From contig LSRY02000008.1 of assembly GCA_001643675.2 (NCBI GenBank), forward strand, positions 310,001 through 374,000: a DNA stretch of 64,000 nucleotides, written 5' to 3'. Below are positions 42,431 to 56,370 of the stretch, in pieces. Under the pieces are notes generated by a model, which saw nothing but the letters and a program-made list of their open reading frames with translations, was not told the DNA's origin and searched no databases. The first letter of the stretch is position 1. Each line of letters starts with the position of its first letter. The DNA is from Monocercomonoides exilis PA203. Its lineage: Eukaryota > Protista > Preaxostyla. The translations under genes and the position numbers were made by a program.

Positions 42431-43399
42431 TTGTATCTCCGAATATTTCCTATTTTTTTGTTGTTGTTTCATTCAATCAACACGAAAATGAAACTCTCAT
42501 ATTTTTAAAGAGTTTTCATTGATAATATTTATTTCGAGTATAATTATCAGAATTTTTCCTTTTGCAGTCATTGAGAAACCGATATTGTCCTGTATTCTTT
42601 GCATAATTCATTCAATAAAGCATTAATTCCGATTCTTTTGTTGAAAAACGGTTTTTGAAGAATTCCATGTGATTGGGAAAGAATTTTTGTTAATTTTTTA
42701 TCAATAAAAATTATTACTGCAAAAAAATATTAAGTAAATAATAATACAAAAATTCTTTTGCATGATTTTCATTTTAGATTCCGGTTTTTTTCATTTTGTT
42801 CATTTATTGGTATTTGTCACATAATAATTAAATATTTATGTTTATAATATTCTTATTCAAAAACAACATTTAATGTTTAAATGAAAAAAAAAAAAATAAT
42901 TTCTGTTGGACAAAAATATCAAAATAAAAAAAGAAAATAAATAAAGAAACAACAATTCGAAATCATTGTTAACTGTTTGTTGCACAAACAATTATTTTAT
43001 TTGTTTATATATTATTGGACAGAAAAATAAATTAAATAAAAATCGTTATTCAATTGATTTGTTGATCAAGTCAAATTATAAAAATGTGATTGAAAATGTT
43101 TTTGAAAAAACTGAATATTTCATGAAGTTACACCTTTTCTTCTAAAATATCATCCTACGCACCAATAAACACGATTCTCCTTACGAATCTTCAAAGCATT
43201 GCTTCTCCTCTGGTTTTCTTTTTCTTTTCCTCATCATTTATCATTGATTTAGGCATCTACCCTTTTGACTTCGCTGCTTTTGTCTTGTTGTTCGAATTCC
43301 GCACAGACTCAGTTTATGCTCGTTGCTCATGCAATGGTTAATAAAACAGAAGGGTGCATGTATCTCAAAAGCTGAACCATCGTCCACGTATCCTCATCA

Positions 43400-43760
43400 T
43401 TTTCTTTTTTCCACATCGTTTTTGCATCCCCTTCAATAAAACTTGTATTTCTCCGCTCACTTTCTCTTTGCTTGTTGGGCCTGCCTCTCGTGTTGCCATC
43501 TGCCCGTTTGTTCTGGTTAACTCCGCTGATTCGGGGCTGCCTGCCCCAGACACCATAATAGTCATCGTTCTGGAATCCGCAAACATCACCAACATCTTTC
43601 ACACACACAAAAAAATTGGCTCTGTTTTTGTGTGCATGCAATGAGGAGATACGCAGTCAACTGCCTGACCGAGTCATCTGAATTCACAGGCTGTGTTAGC
43701 GAAGAGCAGGTCTGAGGGGGGGCTGCAATAGCGTGCCTCGACTGCAATCCGCCTGCAAAC
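43400..43760 (+). pseudogene. Beta-helix family gene fragment (paralog of 40560-41130)
   Basis: ESANITNI...GGAAIACLDC with stops and a frameshift. Confidence 0.55.
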
Positions 43761-46276
43761 GCTTCTTCCATCTGTTTCTGCATCCTCAACCTCTTCTTCG
43801 CCTTGAACGAAGTCTTTCTCCGGTGCTCTTGCATCTTCTATCAAGTCAGTATATTCCTCTTTTTCCCCAACTTCACAAGGCCTTCTCTAACCACAAAAGC
43901 CACCATTTACTGCTCCAGCATCTACCATCCCTGCTGAGCTCCAACCTCATGTCGATCTTCTTCCCTTCATTGCCTTCTTCCTCGCCCAACAGATTTTAGT
44001 TAGCCAGTTCACAGGTTCCTCCTCTTGACTCCTATGCTTCCCTCTCTGCAGCAGTCCTTCACATCGACAGCTTGAGTTGCCTCACCAATATACGAGTCGG
44101 GTCTGTCTTGAAAAGTCTTGTTTCTGCTCGCTTCGCCTTCTTCAGCTCTCTGTTGTTGTGTTTCTCAACACCTGCATCCTCACTTTCTGCCCCTTCTCCT
44201 TCCACTCCTCCTTCGAATCAGTCCACTCTTCACTCTTCTGCCTTCTCGATAGATCACTCACTGCTTCCACTTGGATCTTTTCTCCATCAGACAAGCATAT
44301 CCATCTTAGCTACACGCTGCTTTGAGCTCTCCCCAATTCCTGCCTCTTTCTCTTCCACATCAACCTCTTCGCTCTCAAGGCAGCTTCAACAACGTTCGTG
44401 TTCGACGATGGAATAAGTCGCTTTGAAAAACATCTTTTTGCAACAGTTCTCGCAATTATTAGCAAAAGCGATGTTCTTCTTCATTTTTCTAAAACAAATC
44501 TGTCAGAAAGCTCCTTCAGAATAACATTCTCTTCCTTCACATCCATCTCGTTCAATCAGCTTTGCCACAACATATAAGAGCGAAACAGCTGCACAACTGC
44601 AGTCAATCTCCCCAACTGTTCTATTGATCTGAACGTGTCTTCCTCATCTCTTGCCAGCTCATCCGTATTCCTTCATTGCTCTTCAGTGGAACTTGAGGCA
44701 TCTTTGACAATTGGGTTCACTTAGCAGCCACCACAAGGCTTCATTGGGATACCTCTCAGACAAGAATTAAGCTTCCGATGCATTTAACGCTCCAGAGGAA
44801 CCGGAAGGACAAGATTCACAAAAAGTATTAAAGACACAAGAGAGAGAGAGAGCGTGTGTGTGTGTATGTGTGTGTGAATGGAATGCTTTTCTGTTCCATT
44901 AAACGAGCGCAACAACTGATATCAAAGATACGAGCATCTCTGGTGCACAGTTTGATAAAATCTCCACCAATGGCAGGAAGTGAGTGTGAGCGTGGATGCC
45001 TCAATTGCTTATTGTTCTCCTTCAGCACTCCCAACATCCAAAATAACTATTTCTCTTCCTGGACCAACTTCATCTGCTCCAATTCCTGTGCGCTCTGCAT
45101 TGACTCGCTCAAAGGAGGAGGCTATTGTGTGCGACGTCGAACCTTCTTGTTGCTCCTCAACCGCTGATTGGGCACTCCACAGCTTTTCCTCTCAATTTCT
45201 CTCTTTTTATTTTTATTTTTATTTTTATTGTTATTTTTAATCCCCACAACCTATTTCACCTATTTATTTAAAATATGTTAAACTTTTTCTCCTTTTTGTT
45301 GTAACCACAAAATACATTATCAGCAATTGAGGTATCAAAATTGAAAGATCTTATAAATATGCATTCAAAGAAGAAGAAGAAGAAAAGGAAGAAGAAGAAG
45401 AAAATTATTCTATTCATCATCATCATCACCATCATCATCTTCTTCTTCTTCTTCTTATCCTCCTCCTCCTTTTTCTCCTTTTCCTTTTCCTTCTCCTTTC
45501 TCATTTTCACAATTAATTTTTCTTCTCTCACTTCTCATTCTGAATGATGTTGCGTGTCAGATTCTTTTCCTGTCCATCTGCTCTGAACATTCCCATTTTC
45601 CATTCAAACATCCCTTTTCTCTCTTTTCTCTCTTTTCTCTCTTTTCTCTCTTTTCTCTTTTCTCTCTTTGGCTTTTGTCTTTTCATTCAGCCATTTCTAT
45701 TCCAAAGGCAGCATTTCAGCCTCTCTTCAGAATGTGCATGTTCTCCATCAGAGTGAATGGCATTCATCTTTCCCTTCTCTTCTGCCACACACACACTCAC
45801 TCACTCAACTCTTGTTGTGGCTGATACAAATGAATGCATCCCTGAAGAGATTTGAAATGTGAATGAAAAAATAAAAAATAAAATAGAAATGAATTGGTGA
45901 AAATTCATCTTATGTTTCTGAGAGTTTTGGCGCAAAAGCAAAAGAGCAGAAAATATAAGACTCATCATTAATTCGCAGGTTTGCTATTTTTCACAACTTG
46001 GCTTTTCATTTTCATTCACTTACAACTTGTTAAACGAACGTCAAAAGAAATAAAAATAAAAATAATTAATATTAAATTTTTTTCTGTTTTGAAAAAAATG
46101 TTTGAATAACATAATGCAACACTGCCAAAAATCATGCAATCACTTTGTGCTCATTTTCTTATTTATTAAAAGATGATAAACAGTTTTTAAAAAAATATTC
46201 AAATATGATCATATATATAATAATTATTTCAAATTATAGATTTTAACGATTGACATTTTTTCTGCTTATATTGCAG

Positions 46277-48689
46277 GACGAGCAGCGAAACCGAAGCTTT
46301 GAGCGGTAAAATAAGATATACAACAGATATGCAAAAATTGAAAAGTGATCCATTGAAAAGGGACAAGGATGGAAGAACAGAAGCAATGCGATGGATTATT
46401 GAAAAGAAGTCAGAACCTCCGTTGGAAATGAGACATGATATAACACTTAAAGATTCTTATGGATGGACAATGGCTATATTATGGATTCAAGATGTCAAAA
46501 CAGAACCACCAGAATGGATGAGACATGAAACAACACTTAAAGATTCAGATGGATGGACAATGGCCATGCTGTGGATTGGATATGTTCAGACAGATCCACC
46601 GAAATGGATGAGGCATGACATCACACTTCGCAACAATAACGGAGTAACAATGGCCATGATATGGGTTGCAAATGCTAAGACAGACCCACCAGAGTGGATG
46701 AGACATAACAACGAAGTTGCAGACAAGGAAGGAAATACAATGGTCATGCATTGGATAAAGGAAATCAAGACAGAGCCACCAGTCTGGATGAGACATGATG
46801 CTACACTTGTTGATAATAACGGATGGACAATGGCCATGCTGTGGATAAAGCTAGTTAAAACAGATGTTCTGAAGTGGATGAGACATGATATAAAACTTAC
46901 TAATAAGAACAGAGAAACAATGGCGATGATATGGATTAATCATGTGAAGACGGAACCACCACATTGGATGAGACACAACATTACACTTGCCGATAAGAAA
47001 GGAAGGACAATGGCCATGTTCTGGATCGAATCTATTGAAAAGGAGCCACCAGAATGGATGAGACATTGCAATTCATTGAAAGACAAGAAAGGACGGGCAA
47101 TGGCTGATTATTGGAAGTTATTTGTTAAAACTAAATTACCGAAATGGATGACATTTGATGAAACATTGAAAGACAAAAATGGACAAACAGCGGGAATGAG
47201 ATGGATTATTGAGAAAAAGACACAACCACCAAATTGGATGAGACACGACAACACACTTGCCGATAAGTTTGGACGAACAATGGCAATGTTGTGGATCAAA
47301 AATGTGAAGACAGAGCCACCAATGTGGATGAGGAACGACATCACACTTCGCGATAGCGGTGGAGAGACAATGGCTATGTTCTGGATTCAGTTTGTTCAAA
47401 CAGAACCCCCAGAATGGATGAGACACGATATTACACTTGCTGATAAAAACGGATGGACAATGTCCATGCTTTGGATTCAAGAGATCAAAACAGAACCTCC
47501 AGAATGGATGAGACATGACATAGAACGAATCGATGTCCTGAGAAATACAATGGCGATGAAGTGGATCAAATATGTTCAGACAGAACCACCAGAATGGATG
47601 AGGCACGATGCTGCACTTTGCGACAAGAACGGAAGGACGATGGCCATGTGGTGGATTGAATGTGCTAAATCAGATCCACCAGAATGGATGAGACACAACA
47701 ACACGCTTGCTGATAAGATTGGACGAACAGTGGCGATCCTGTGGATCAAAAGTGTCAAAACAGAGCCACCACATTGGATGAGACACAACAACACACTTGC
47801 TGATAATAACGGATTTACAATGGCTATGTATTGGATTCAATTTGTTCAAACAGAACCACCAGAGTGGATGAGGCATGACATCGCACTTCGCAACAATAAC
47901 GGAGCAACAATGGCTATGATATGGATTTCAAGTATCAAAACAGAACCACCGAAATGGATGCGACATGAGAATGAAATTGCAGACAAGGAAGGATGGACTA
48001 TGGCGATGTGGTGGATAAGGGAAGTCAAGACAGAGCCTCCGAAGTGGATGACAATGGATAACGCGCAAGGCAAGAAGGAAGGGAGGACATTATCGATGAA
48101 GTGGATTATGGAGAAAAAAACAGAACCTCCTGAGTGGATGAGACATGACAATACGATTGCAGATAAATTCGGACGGACAATGTCTATGATATGGATCGTA
48201 TATGTGAAAACAGAACCCCCAGAATGGATGAGACATGACAAGGTGCTTGCAGACATGGATGGATGGACAATGGCCATGAAGTGGATCGTTCATGTCAGAA
48301 AAGAGCCACCTGAATGGATGAGACATGATGCAGCACTTTCTGATAAGAGTGGAAGGACAATGGCAATGAATTGGATTTTCTGGATTAAAACAGACCCGCC
48401 AGAATGGATGAGGCACAGAAACGCTCTTGAAGATAAAGACGGGGAAACGATGGCCATGGGATGGATTAAATATGTGAAAACAGAGCCACCAGAATGGATG
48501 AGACATAGAATTGCGCTTTCTGACAGGGATGGAAGGACAATGGCGATGTGGTGGATAAGGGAAGTCAAGACAGAGCCACCGGAGTGGATGAGGCATTACA
48601 ATTCACTTAAAGACAAGAGTGGAATGACAATGTCAGATCTCTGGAAATATTACGTTGAGACTGAACCACCAATTTGGATGAAAGAATGA
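46277..48689 (+). CDS. 30-aa Met/Trp-rich ankyrin-like repeat protein, copy 3 (26 units); 5' exon/start uncertain
   Basis: Open ORF 46299-48689 with exact 90-bp period 46381-48631. Likely acceptor TTGCAG ending 46276, or start at ATG 46329. Confidence 0.9.
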
Positions 48690-49542
48690 TTGTTTTCATT
48701 TCATATGTTTATTTTAAGGTGCTGAAGATTGATTGTGTTTTCATTTGTGCCAACCTGCACACAAATATCTGAGCAGCATCTTTGCATCATTTCAACGATT
48801 TTATTGATATTTGCTTCACTTTTTACTTTTTGCTTGGCCTTTTTGTTTTTCTTTTTTGTATTTTTGATGTTCTTCAAAGAATATTCATTTCAATCCATTT
48901 TCTTCTTATTCCCACTTGTTTGCATAACTCCCCGAATTGTTGAAAGGATTTCTGTCTATTTTAATAGTTTTTTTCTTTTAGAAATCGAGCAATAATTATT
49001 TGACAAAACGATTCTTTCCGACTTTTTTCTCCCATTTGAGAGAATCCCATTCACTCTGATGTTTTGAATGGTATGTGTTTTTTATTCATCCTGTTCAACA
49101 GTTTTGTCAATCTACGTCAAATTTTAATTTCATAAAGAGAATAATTTCTCTTTGTTTTTGAGAATTTTGACAACTTCATTTTTTCATTTCAAAAGCATTT
49201 CCATTCACCTGATATTCTGTATTTTTTTTTCTCCATTTCATGAAAAATATGAAAATAAAACAGTAATACAAAATATTGTCATTTTAAAAACATCATTATG
49301 AAAAAACAAATTCATCAAAAGTTGGAGAAGAAGCAGAAGTGAAAGAAAAAGAATAAGGAAATCGAAACAATTGGGATATATGAAAAACATTTACGTACTC
49401 TTTTCCTTTCTTAACTTCTCTTATCTTATCTTTTGTTTTGTTTTGTCTTCCTCTTATTTTTTCTTTCCATATTTTCTTTTTTTGCTTTGATTGTGCTTCG
49501 ACATTGATTTGTTTGGATTTAAAAAAAAACCACTTCATAATA

Positions 49543-52119
49543 CCATGAGTGCTTTACCCGCCCCCTGGTGCCAAACCCGCACCCACAAATTGAATTAAAA
49601 GTTCACATTTTGTCATATAAACACCATTCATTTTCAATCGTTGAGCTTTGAAAAAAATAGGACAAGTACATCACATTATTGGAAAGCTTCATTGTTTGGT
49701 GTTTGAGATAAAAAGGTTTCGAAGTTTTTTTTAAAAATTCTTCAACTTAATCAGTTTGCGGAAATACAAAAACAAAAATAACCAAATGGGGTACTCACTC
49801 GTTCTTCTTTATCAATAATCACTTTCAGCAGATGCAAACCTTTCAATGTGAAAAAAACAAACAAACAAACTACGATGACAACGAAGAATAATACTTTTCG
49901 CGACATTCAATTTCTTTTCTGCTGAAAGATGGTGAAACTGCTCTTTGAATTGGCTTCTCCTTTTCCGGTTTTCTTCTTTCATCAATGAAGCTTTCTCCAC
50001 TTGTATCATCGTTGATTATTTCGTAAATTATCATTTTCTTTTTCTTTTTATGTTTTATTTCTCTTTTATCTTCATCTGCAGAAGAGCTTGACAAAAGAAT
50101 GTTGAATTCTTCACGAGAATGCTTGGTTTTTGATGTTGAAGGAGTCGAAGAAGTTTTCGCTTTTTCTATTTCTTTATATTTGGATCGAAGAAATGCAAGA
50201 TGCTTTTCTGCATCTTCAAGTTGTTTTTTCAATTCGAAGCTGTCCAAATCTTCTATAATTGTTGTTGAATTTAATTTGTGATCATCAGTCGGAGAAGAAC
50301 AGATCGGTATCGTCGATGAAGTTGATTTTGTTGAGTCTGCTTTTTCTGCGGAATAAATATCTGATTGTATTGATGAAGCTGAAACACTTTGCCTTTTTGG
50401 TGGAGAATAGCTTCCAAAAAGTTCTTCACGCCAATCTTGAGACGAAGAATGAAGATCTTCTTTCAATGGAGAGGCTCCAATAGGTGCTCCAGATACGCGA
50501 GAGAGAACGGGAGCTGCAGCAACAGGCCAGACTCCTGTCTTAATGAATGCTGCCTTCACTGTTGATGGAACACAAGCTGCAGCCAAGGCTTCGGGGAGAA
50601 TTTCTGCAAGTTGGGCTCGATAAGAAGGGAGAGAAAATGGAGAAGGAATAACAAATTTGTTTCTCAAAGTGGATTTTAGTCGAGAAAAAACACATGAGTC
50701 ACACGGCTGAAGCAAATGTGTCATATTAGGTGCGAATTTTTTCAGAATGATGAAATTTTTTTCAGCTGCTTCAATTACAGTTTCGTCATTGTGAGTTGAA
50801 TGATTATCCATTAATAAAAGTGCACGATGAGAACTTGTAGGTTTCACTTTCTCCACGATTAATGGAATCCAGTAATTAATCATAATGAACTTGAAGATAT
50901 CCTTAGTGATCCACCCGGAAGATGAAAAAATATATCTAATATCAAATGAAGAAAGTGTGCGAAACTCTTTCGGGAGTGTTTTCTTTGGCCATAGAAGAAA
51001 TCGCGGTAATGAGGATCCGTCAGCGCAGATACAAAGGCATATAGTTGCATTCGGGACTTTCGGAACGACGGGAACTTGTGGAGGAGTTTGGCTTTTTAGG
51101 CAAACAACCAGTTTGTTCGATGATTCCCCACATGAGATAGACGATTCATCAAAATTGAACATATCCGCAGCTGTGATATTGTATTCCGTAACAGTGCTTA
51201 ACAATTCTGAAAACCATCCTCTGATATTTTCTGGTGACTGCGCTGATATTTTTGCAACGTCCGTGTGCCTTGCGATTGCAGCCTTCAAAACATCACTTCG
51301 TTGAATTAATTTATATGCATATTTTTTGTTGATTGTTTTGAATTCTTGCTTCGGTTTTGATGATTTTTCTATTTGATCCACACACTTAGCAACATGAAAA
51401 TGTTACAAAAACAAATTAATAAATAATGCAAACCATGTTTTGAACATCGCGAATTCGAACTATTGTCTGATTTGATAAAACAACTAGCACCTGGTTCTCA
51501 ATTTCTTCCAATTGCTCGTTCGTAATTGCCTGAGGGTGCCCATTCCTTCCAGCTTCTCTGCCAGCTCTTTCCGCTCTTATACCTCTTTTCCATGAATCTT
51601 TTGACACAACCTTTGCTTTTATGGCAGTTGAATATTTCACTTCAAAACTTTTTCGAATTGCGAAAAGCTTTTTCGATGGGGATTTGAATGATCGATATTC
51701 CTTGGTTGCAAGAACTCTGTGCAACTGAGTTGATGATAATTCAGGTTTTTCAGTCATCTTTATTGGGTGTGATCAAGCATATCAAAATTTCTTTTGTTGT
51801 CATTTTGAATCAAAGATAACGTTAACAAATTTCGTTGTCTGACATACAAAGCGAATAATATTGAACTGGTTTATTATTTTCACTAGCTCTGAAAAAGTTG
51901 CGATAAATATAGTCTTTGGATTAAAGAAGAAACTGGCTTAATTTTGAAAGAACAAAAATTAACGGAGATTGAGCAAAAGCAAAACTTGGATTGTTGACAT
52001 CATTTTTAGCAGTTTTAAAATAGTTTTCAATAGTTAAATATCTAATTGTGTTTTGAAAGCTCATTCAAATATGAATAGGGTGCGGGTTTGGCACCAGGGG
52101 GCGGGTAAAGCACCCATGG
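49543..52119 (-). mobile_element. pogo/Fot1-like (Tc1/mariner superfamily) DNA transposon, 2577 bp, apparently intact
   Basis: 42-bp TIRs 49543-49584 and 52078-52119 (1 mismatch). TA TSD at 49541-49542 and 52120-52121. Internal DDE_1 transposase. Confidence 0.95.
49870..51757 (-). CDS. pogo/Fot1-like DD35D transposase (~612 aa, one 49-nt intron 51385-51433)
   Basis: FNFDES, ICADGS, SGWIT, LLMDNHSTH and THLLQPCD motifs, with 35 residues between the last two Asp. A GTTTGC...AAG intron joins exons 51434-51757 and 49870-51384 in frame. Confidence 0.92.
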
Positions 52120-54029
52120 TATCTATTTCAAAAAATGTGGAAATTATGTTTATTATTATTAATTTGAGCTAATTTGTATTTTCATCTTAATAAAACATTT
52201 AACATAAGCCTGGGTGACGGATCGAAAAATCGATGGTTACGTCAGTCAGCAGAATTTTTTCACGTCAGAATTTTTTTTTTTAAATCTTTATTTAAAAAGG
52301 CTTTTTAACATAGATATTTTTTCATAAAATTTATTCAGCTATTTTCAACTTTGACAAATGACTTTGTTATTGGTTCAGTTTCAAAAAAGTGAACCATTAT
52401 TCTTGTTATATTAATACTGAGAAATAATTTTATCCTTTCAATTATAAGCTCTCATTAAAGGAAAGTTGTTTGGTTTGCATTATTAAAAATTTGCCTATTG
52501 ATATGTTTATATTTTTTCAGGATAGGAGATGGAAATAAATGAAAGTTGGATATCTTGTTATGCAGGCTGACCATGGAATTGGGAGTGAATTTATATGGAA
52601 CGTGAACGTGATGAATGGATTTGGAAGTCAAATTGAAGAATCAACTGGATGAACACTAAAAAGGATAGGATAAAGAATTGAAGTTGAGAAAATAGTTGCA
52701 AATGGAATAAAATATTGAAATTGATTTCAAAAAAGGCACATTTTAGGTTTAAAATTTTTTTGCAGTAATTATTATTATTATGATTTATTAATACTGCTGA
52801 AGGAATCAGGTATTAGATGGCTTTGAAGAAGAAGAAAATCGGGGAAGAAAAATAAGACAGACAGATGAAATTCAAGATATATCGAAGATGCCTGACATTT
52901 GGTTTTGACAAAGAATTATTTTTGAGGAAAGATGATTTTTTGTGAAACAAGGGGAAGTGAAAAATTGAAAGAAATTGAATGAAAAAGAGATCGCTCAATA
53001 TTACACTTTTTTGTTGGAGAGGAGGGATGGTTGAGCTGAAAGTTAAAAGGATTGAGAGGTTTCTTTTCGGAAGAAGAAGACAAAATCCAGAAAAAGAGAA
53101 TTTCAATGAATTTCTCCGTTGGCATTAATCGGATCTCATCTTCTCAATTTTCAACAATTAATCAACCCGATCTGTCCATTCACCATTATCATCTTCTTCT
53201 TCTTCTTCAAATATATCAACAACATTTCACACAGCATCTCCTTCTTTATCTTCATTCACTTCATCTGATGAATTTCTTCACATTCTGCATCTGCATCAGA
53301 GATTAAGAGAGAAATGAAGAAAAGAGGAACAAGTGAAGACAATAAAGATGGAAAAAGAGGAAAGAAGATTTTTATGAAATGATTTTTCTTAAATAACTGA
53401 AATGAGACGACTGAAGAAATTATTGGATGAATAAAAAGAAATTGAAAAATTGAAGAGAAAGAAAGTAAAATTTGATGAGAATAGAAAGAAGAACAATGAA
53501 GAAAAGCAAAGAAATTTGGAATTGAAATTTTGTAAGAGAAAAGATCAAACGAAAAATAGAGAAATATAAAAAAGAAAAATTAAACAGAAAGGAAAGAAAG
53601 ATTTTGAGAAAAATCAATAACCAAAACACTTTTTTTGTTGATTTTTTTCATTTCTTCCAAAACATTTCTTGTCTGTTTAATATTATCTTTTTTTGGAGAT
53701 GAGAGTTATTGATATTTTGAATGTTTATCTTCAGGTTAAAGATAAAATTCAAACGTTTATTTTCTCTTTGAAGAAATTTCATTTGAATTTCCATTTTCAA
53801 ACATAAACATGGAATTGACGAAAAATGAAAAATATGAGCTATTTTTAAAGGCACAACTTGAACAATTGTTATTTTATATCGAATAATTAATAAATAGAAA
53901 TTTTTGAAATACTTGTGTAAATTAACAATTTTCAAATCCATCAATTATTTCTTTTTGCAAATGCGCAATTTTCCTTGTCGCTTTATTCAGATTGATTGTC
54001 AGTTCTTTCATTTCATAATTACTAAATTT

Positions 54030-55350
54030 CGTTCCTCGCATCATCTGAAACATCTCTTACTGTCTTCGTTTGTTTTCCAAATGCAGCAATGCCCCATCCG
54101 ATACTGAATACATATTTCCACCCCCTTGCTCCTTCGCCCGCTTCACACATGCCTCTTTCCTCCCTAGCAGCCTCTCCATTATTAACGTGATACTCATCGT
54201 CCCGTCCTGCTGTATCATCCCTTCTTCAACTGGCTTCCCAACAATCCGCTCCTGCTATGTACACTGCTCCACCAGCACCCCTGCCACCGTCATCGCCACC
54301 AGATAGTCCCGCCAGCTCCCTCTTGCACTCTCGTCAATACGAATCAAAAACCTCAAATGCAGCGATTCCACATCCAGAATTTACTCTTCTTCCTTCTCCA
54401 AATCAATCGAATTTCCCTCTCTTCCTTGCTTCTCATTCATCCCCAAATCATTCGTACACATTTCCACCTGTTCCACATCTTTCCACACTCCATCTGCACT
54501 TCCATCTGAAGTAATGCCCAAAGACCCATCTGCTGCTTCTTCTTCTGCTCTCCTGTTCTCCTGTTGGATACCATCAGATGGAGAAGAACTGCACACTTCA
54601 GGTTCTTCTGAATGCTGCTTGTCTGCACCAGCTTCTCCCTTCGCATTCACAAACCTCAGCCAAGCCAGACCAAGCGCCTCCACAACCAGCTGCGCCATCG
54701 CTTCCTCCAGCTTCCTGTGATTCTCTTTGATTCTCTCCACAAACCCTCTGTGCGCTGCCGGATACCCGCCTTTCTCCTCATTCCCATCATCTCCATCTCT
54801 CCTTCCATCTTCTCCCCTTTCTTCTCCCTTTTTGCCTCCCCTTTTGCCTCACTTTTCTCCTTCCTCTGCCTCTTCTCGCTCCTCCAGCACAGCCAGTGCA
54901 ATCGCTGCTGGAGACAGAACCGCATTCTCCATCCTCAGCCCCACCTCCGACAGCCCCTTCCCCACAATCTTTGCCATCCTTCACAGAACAACCTCTCGCC
55001 CAATCACTTTTTCGACAATCTTTACCACCATGCATCTCGACTGCTGCTGTCTCCATATCTGCTGCGACTGGTCAAACTGATCGTCGATTGACGGGAATGC
55101 ATTTTCATCTGCTTCAGCAAAGATTCGCTTGCTCCCAGACTTCTTTCCCAGTTACACCACAAGAAGCGGAAGAGGAGCAACCAACGGAACTGAAAGCATC
55201 TCCGATAGCGCCATATCGTTTGAACAAACAACGCCCCAATATAGCACCCCCCGCCACACCACAACATATCCCTTCAATGTTTGCAGCGCGCGTGATGACA
55301 GCAGCAGCAGAAGCGACAGTTGAATGTCAGGGACTGACACAGCAGCCACT
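54030..55350. pseudogene. GC-richer patchwork of host gene fragments inside the second hAT element
   Basis: Coding-like segments on both strands, including GRGAGGAVYI (minus, ~54255-54285). All are broken by stops. Confidence 0.45.
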
Positions 55351-56139
55351 CTTGATGGAAATATATTTAATTTTATCTAATTATCATCGATCTCAGCAAC
55401 AGATATGTCGAAAGAGGCAACCACAGATGCTTCTGTCGAACAGATTTCAGGAACAATGGATAATTTTTTTGACAAATGGAAAGGCTCATCTTTCAAATCA
55501 GTTGAATCATCGTATGTTTTCTGCATTAGCAAGGAAAACACAAAGCCAAAGCTGATCAAAATAACAGCTTACGATTAGTTGCATGAAGAAAAGGAAAAGA
55601 GAAGATAGACAAGAATGCAAAAAATGATTGGAAGAGATTGAATCAATCGAATTAATTCTTTGACTGTTTAGTAGATTCGAAGAATGTTATTCAAAGCTGA
55701 AAAAATTCAACATTCTTTGATAAGCCATTGAAAAAATGATAATTTTTTTTAAAAAAAAATTAGAACTTATCATTTTAGCTTTTCCAAAAAATATTCGATC
55801 GAATAAAGTTATTGCAATTTGTGACCTGTTTGTTTTATGAAGGAAGAAGAAATGAATAAAGATTTTTAAGAACGAGTGTCTATAAAGCAAGAAGTATAAA
55901 TACTCGGTGAAAAAATAAAACATTCTTGTATATTTTCAAATAATAATCGATATTCTGATATTTTGCCTCTTCACAGTTTAATTATTCAAAAGCAAGGAGA
56001 GAATGAATGTTCTTTGTTCCAATTCTTTAAAAAAAAAAATCGAAAGAGAAATAAACTTTGTTTTCATCATTCCTTTCAGACAAACAAATTTTGCGAATAT
56101 GAATACATGAAAAAGTTGATTGCAAAAAAAGAAACAAAC

Positions 56140-56370
56140 TTTCAGTTGCACTTCTAACGAATGCATGCTCAAAGGTTATCTCTTTTCTCCAATAATGTTT
56201 TTTATTTTTGAAATGGCTCTTTCGCAGCAAGCTTCGCTGCAAGGTGAAGTTATTAGCGCAAGACACAGCTCAGAAGATACAGTTTGCAGTTCTCCAAATG
56301 AAGAAAAAGCGAAATTAATATTTCTGTATCTTCTTCAACAACTTCAGAAAAGTTGCTTTTCGAAAGTTAT
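56140..56370 (-). pseudogene. hAT transposase C-terminal dimerization-domain remnant
   Basis: Translates as LCLALITSPCSEACCERAISKIKNIIGEKR*PLSMHSL, which aligns with IAFCITTSPCSESFCERIFSKARRIIGDRRHKLSDRTL of the first element. Confidence 0.85.

Noticed and set aside
52090-52103. CTCF-like motif GCACCAGGGGGCG
   Set aside because: Part of the pogo TIR. CTCF is an animal protein, so the match is coincidental.
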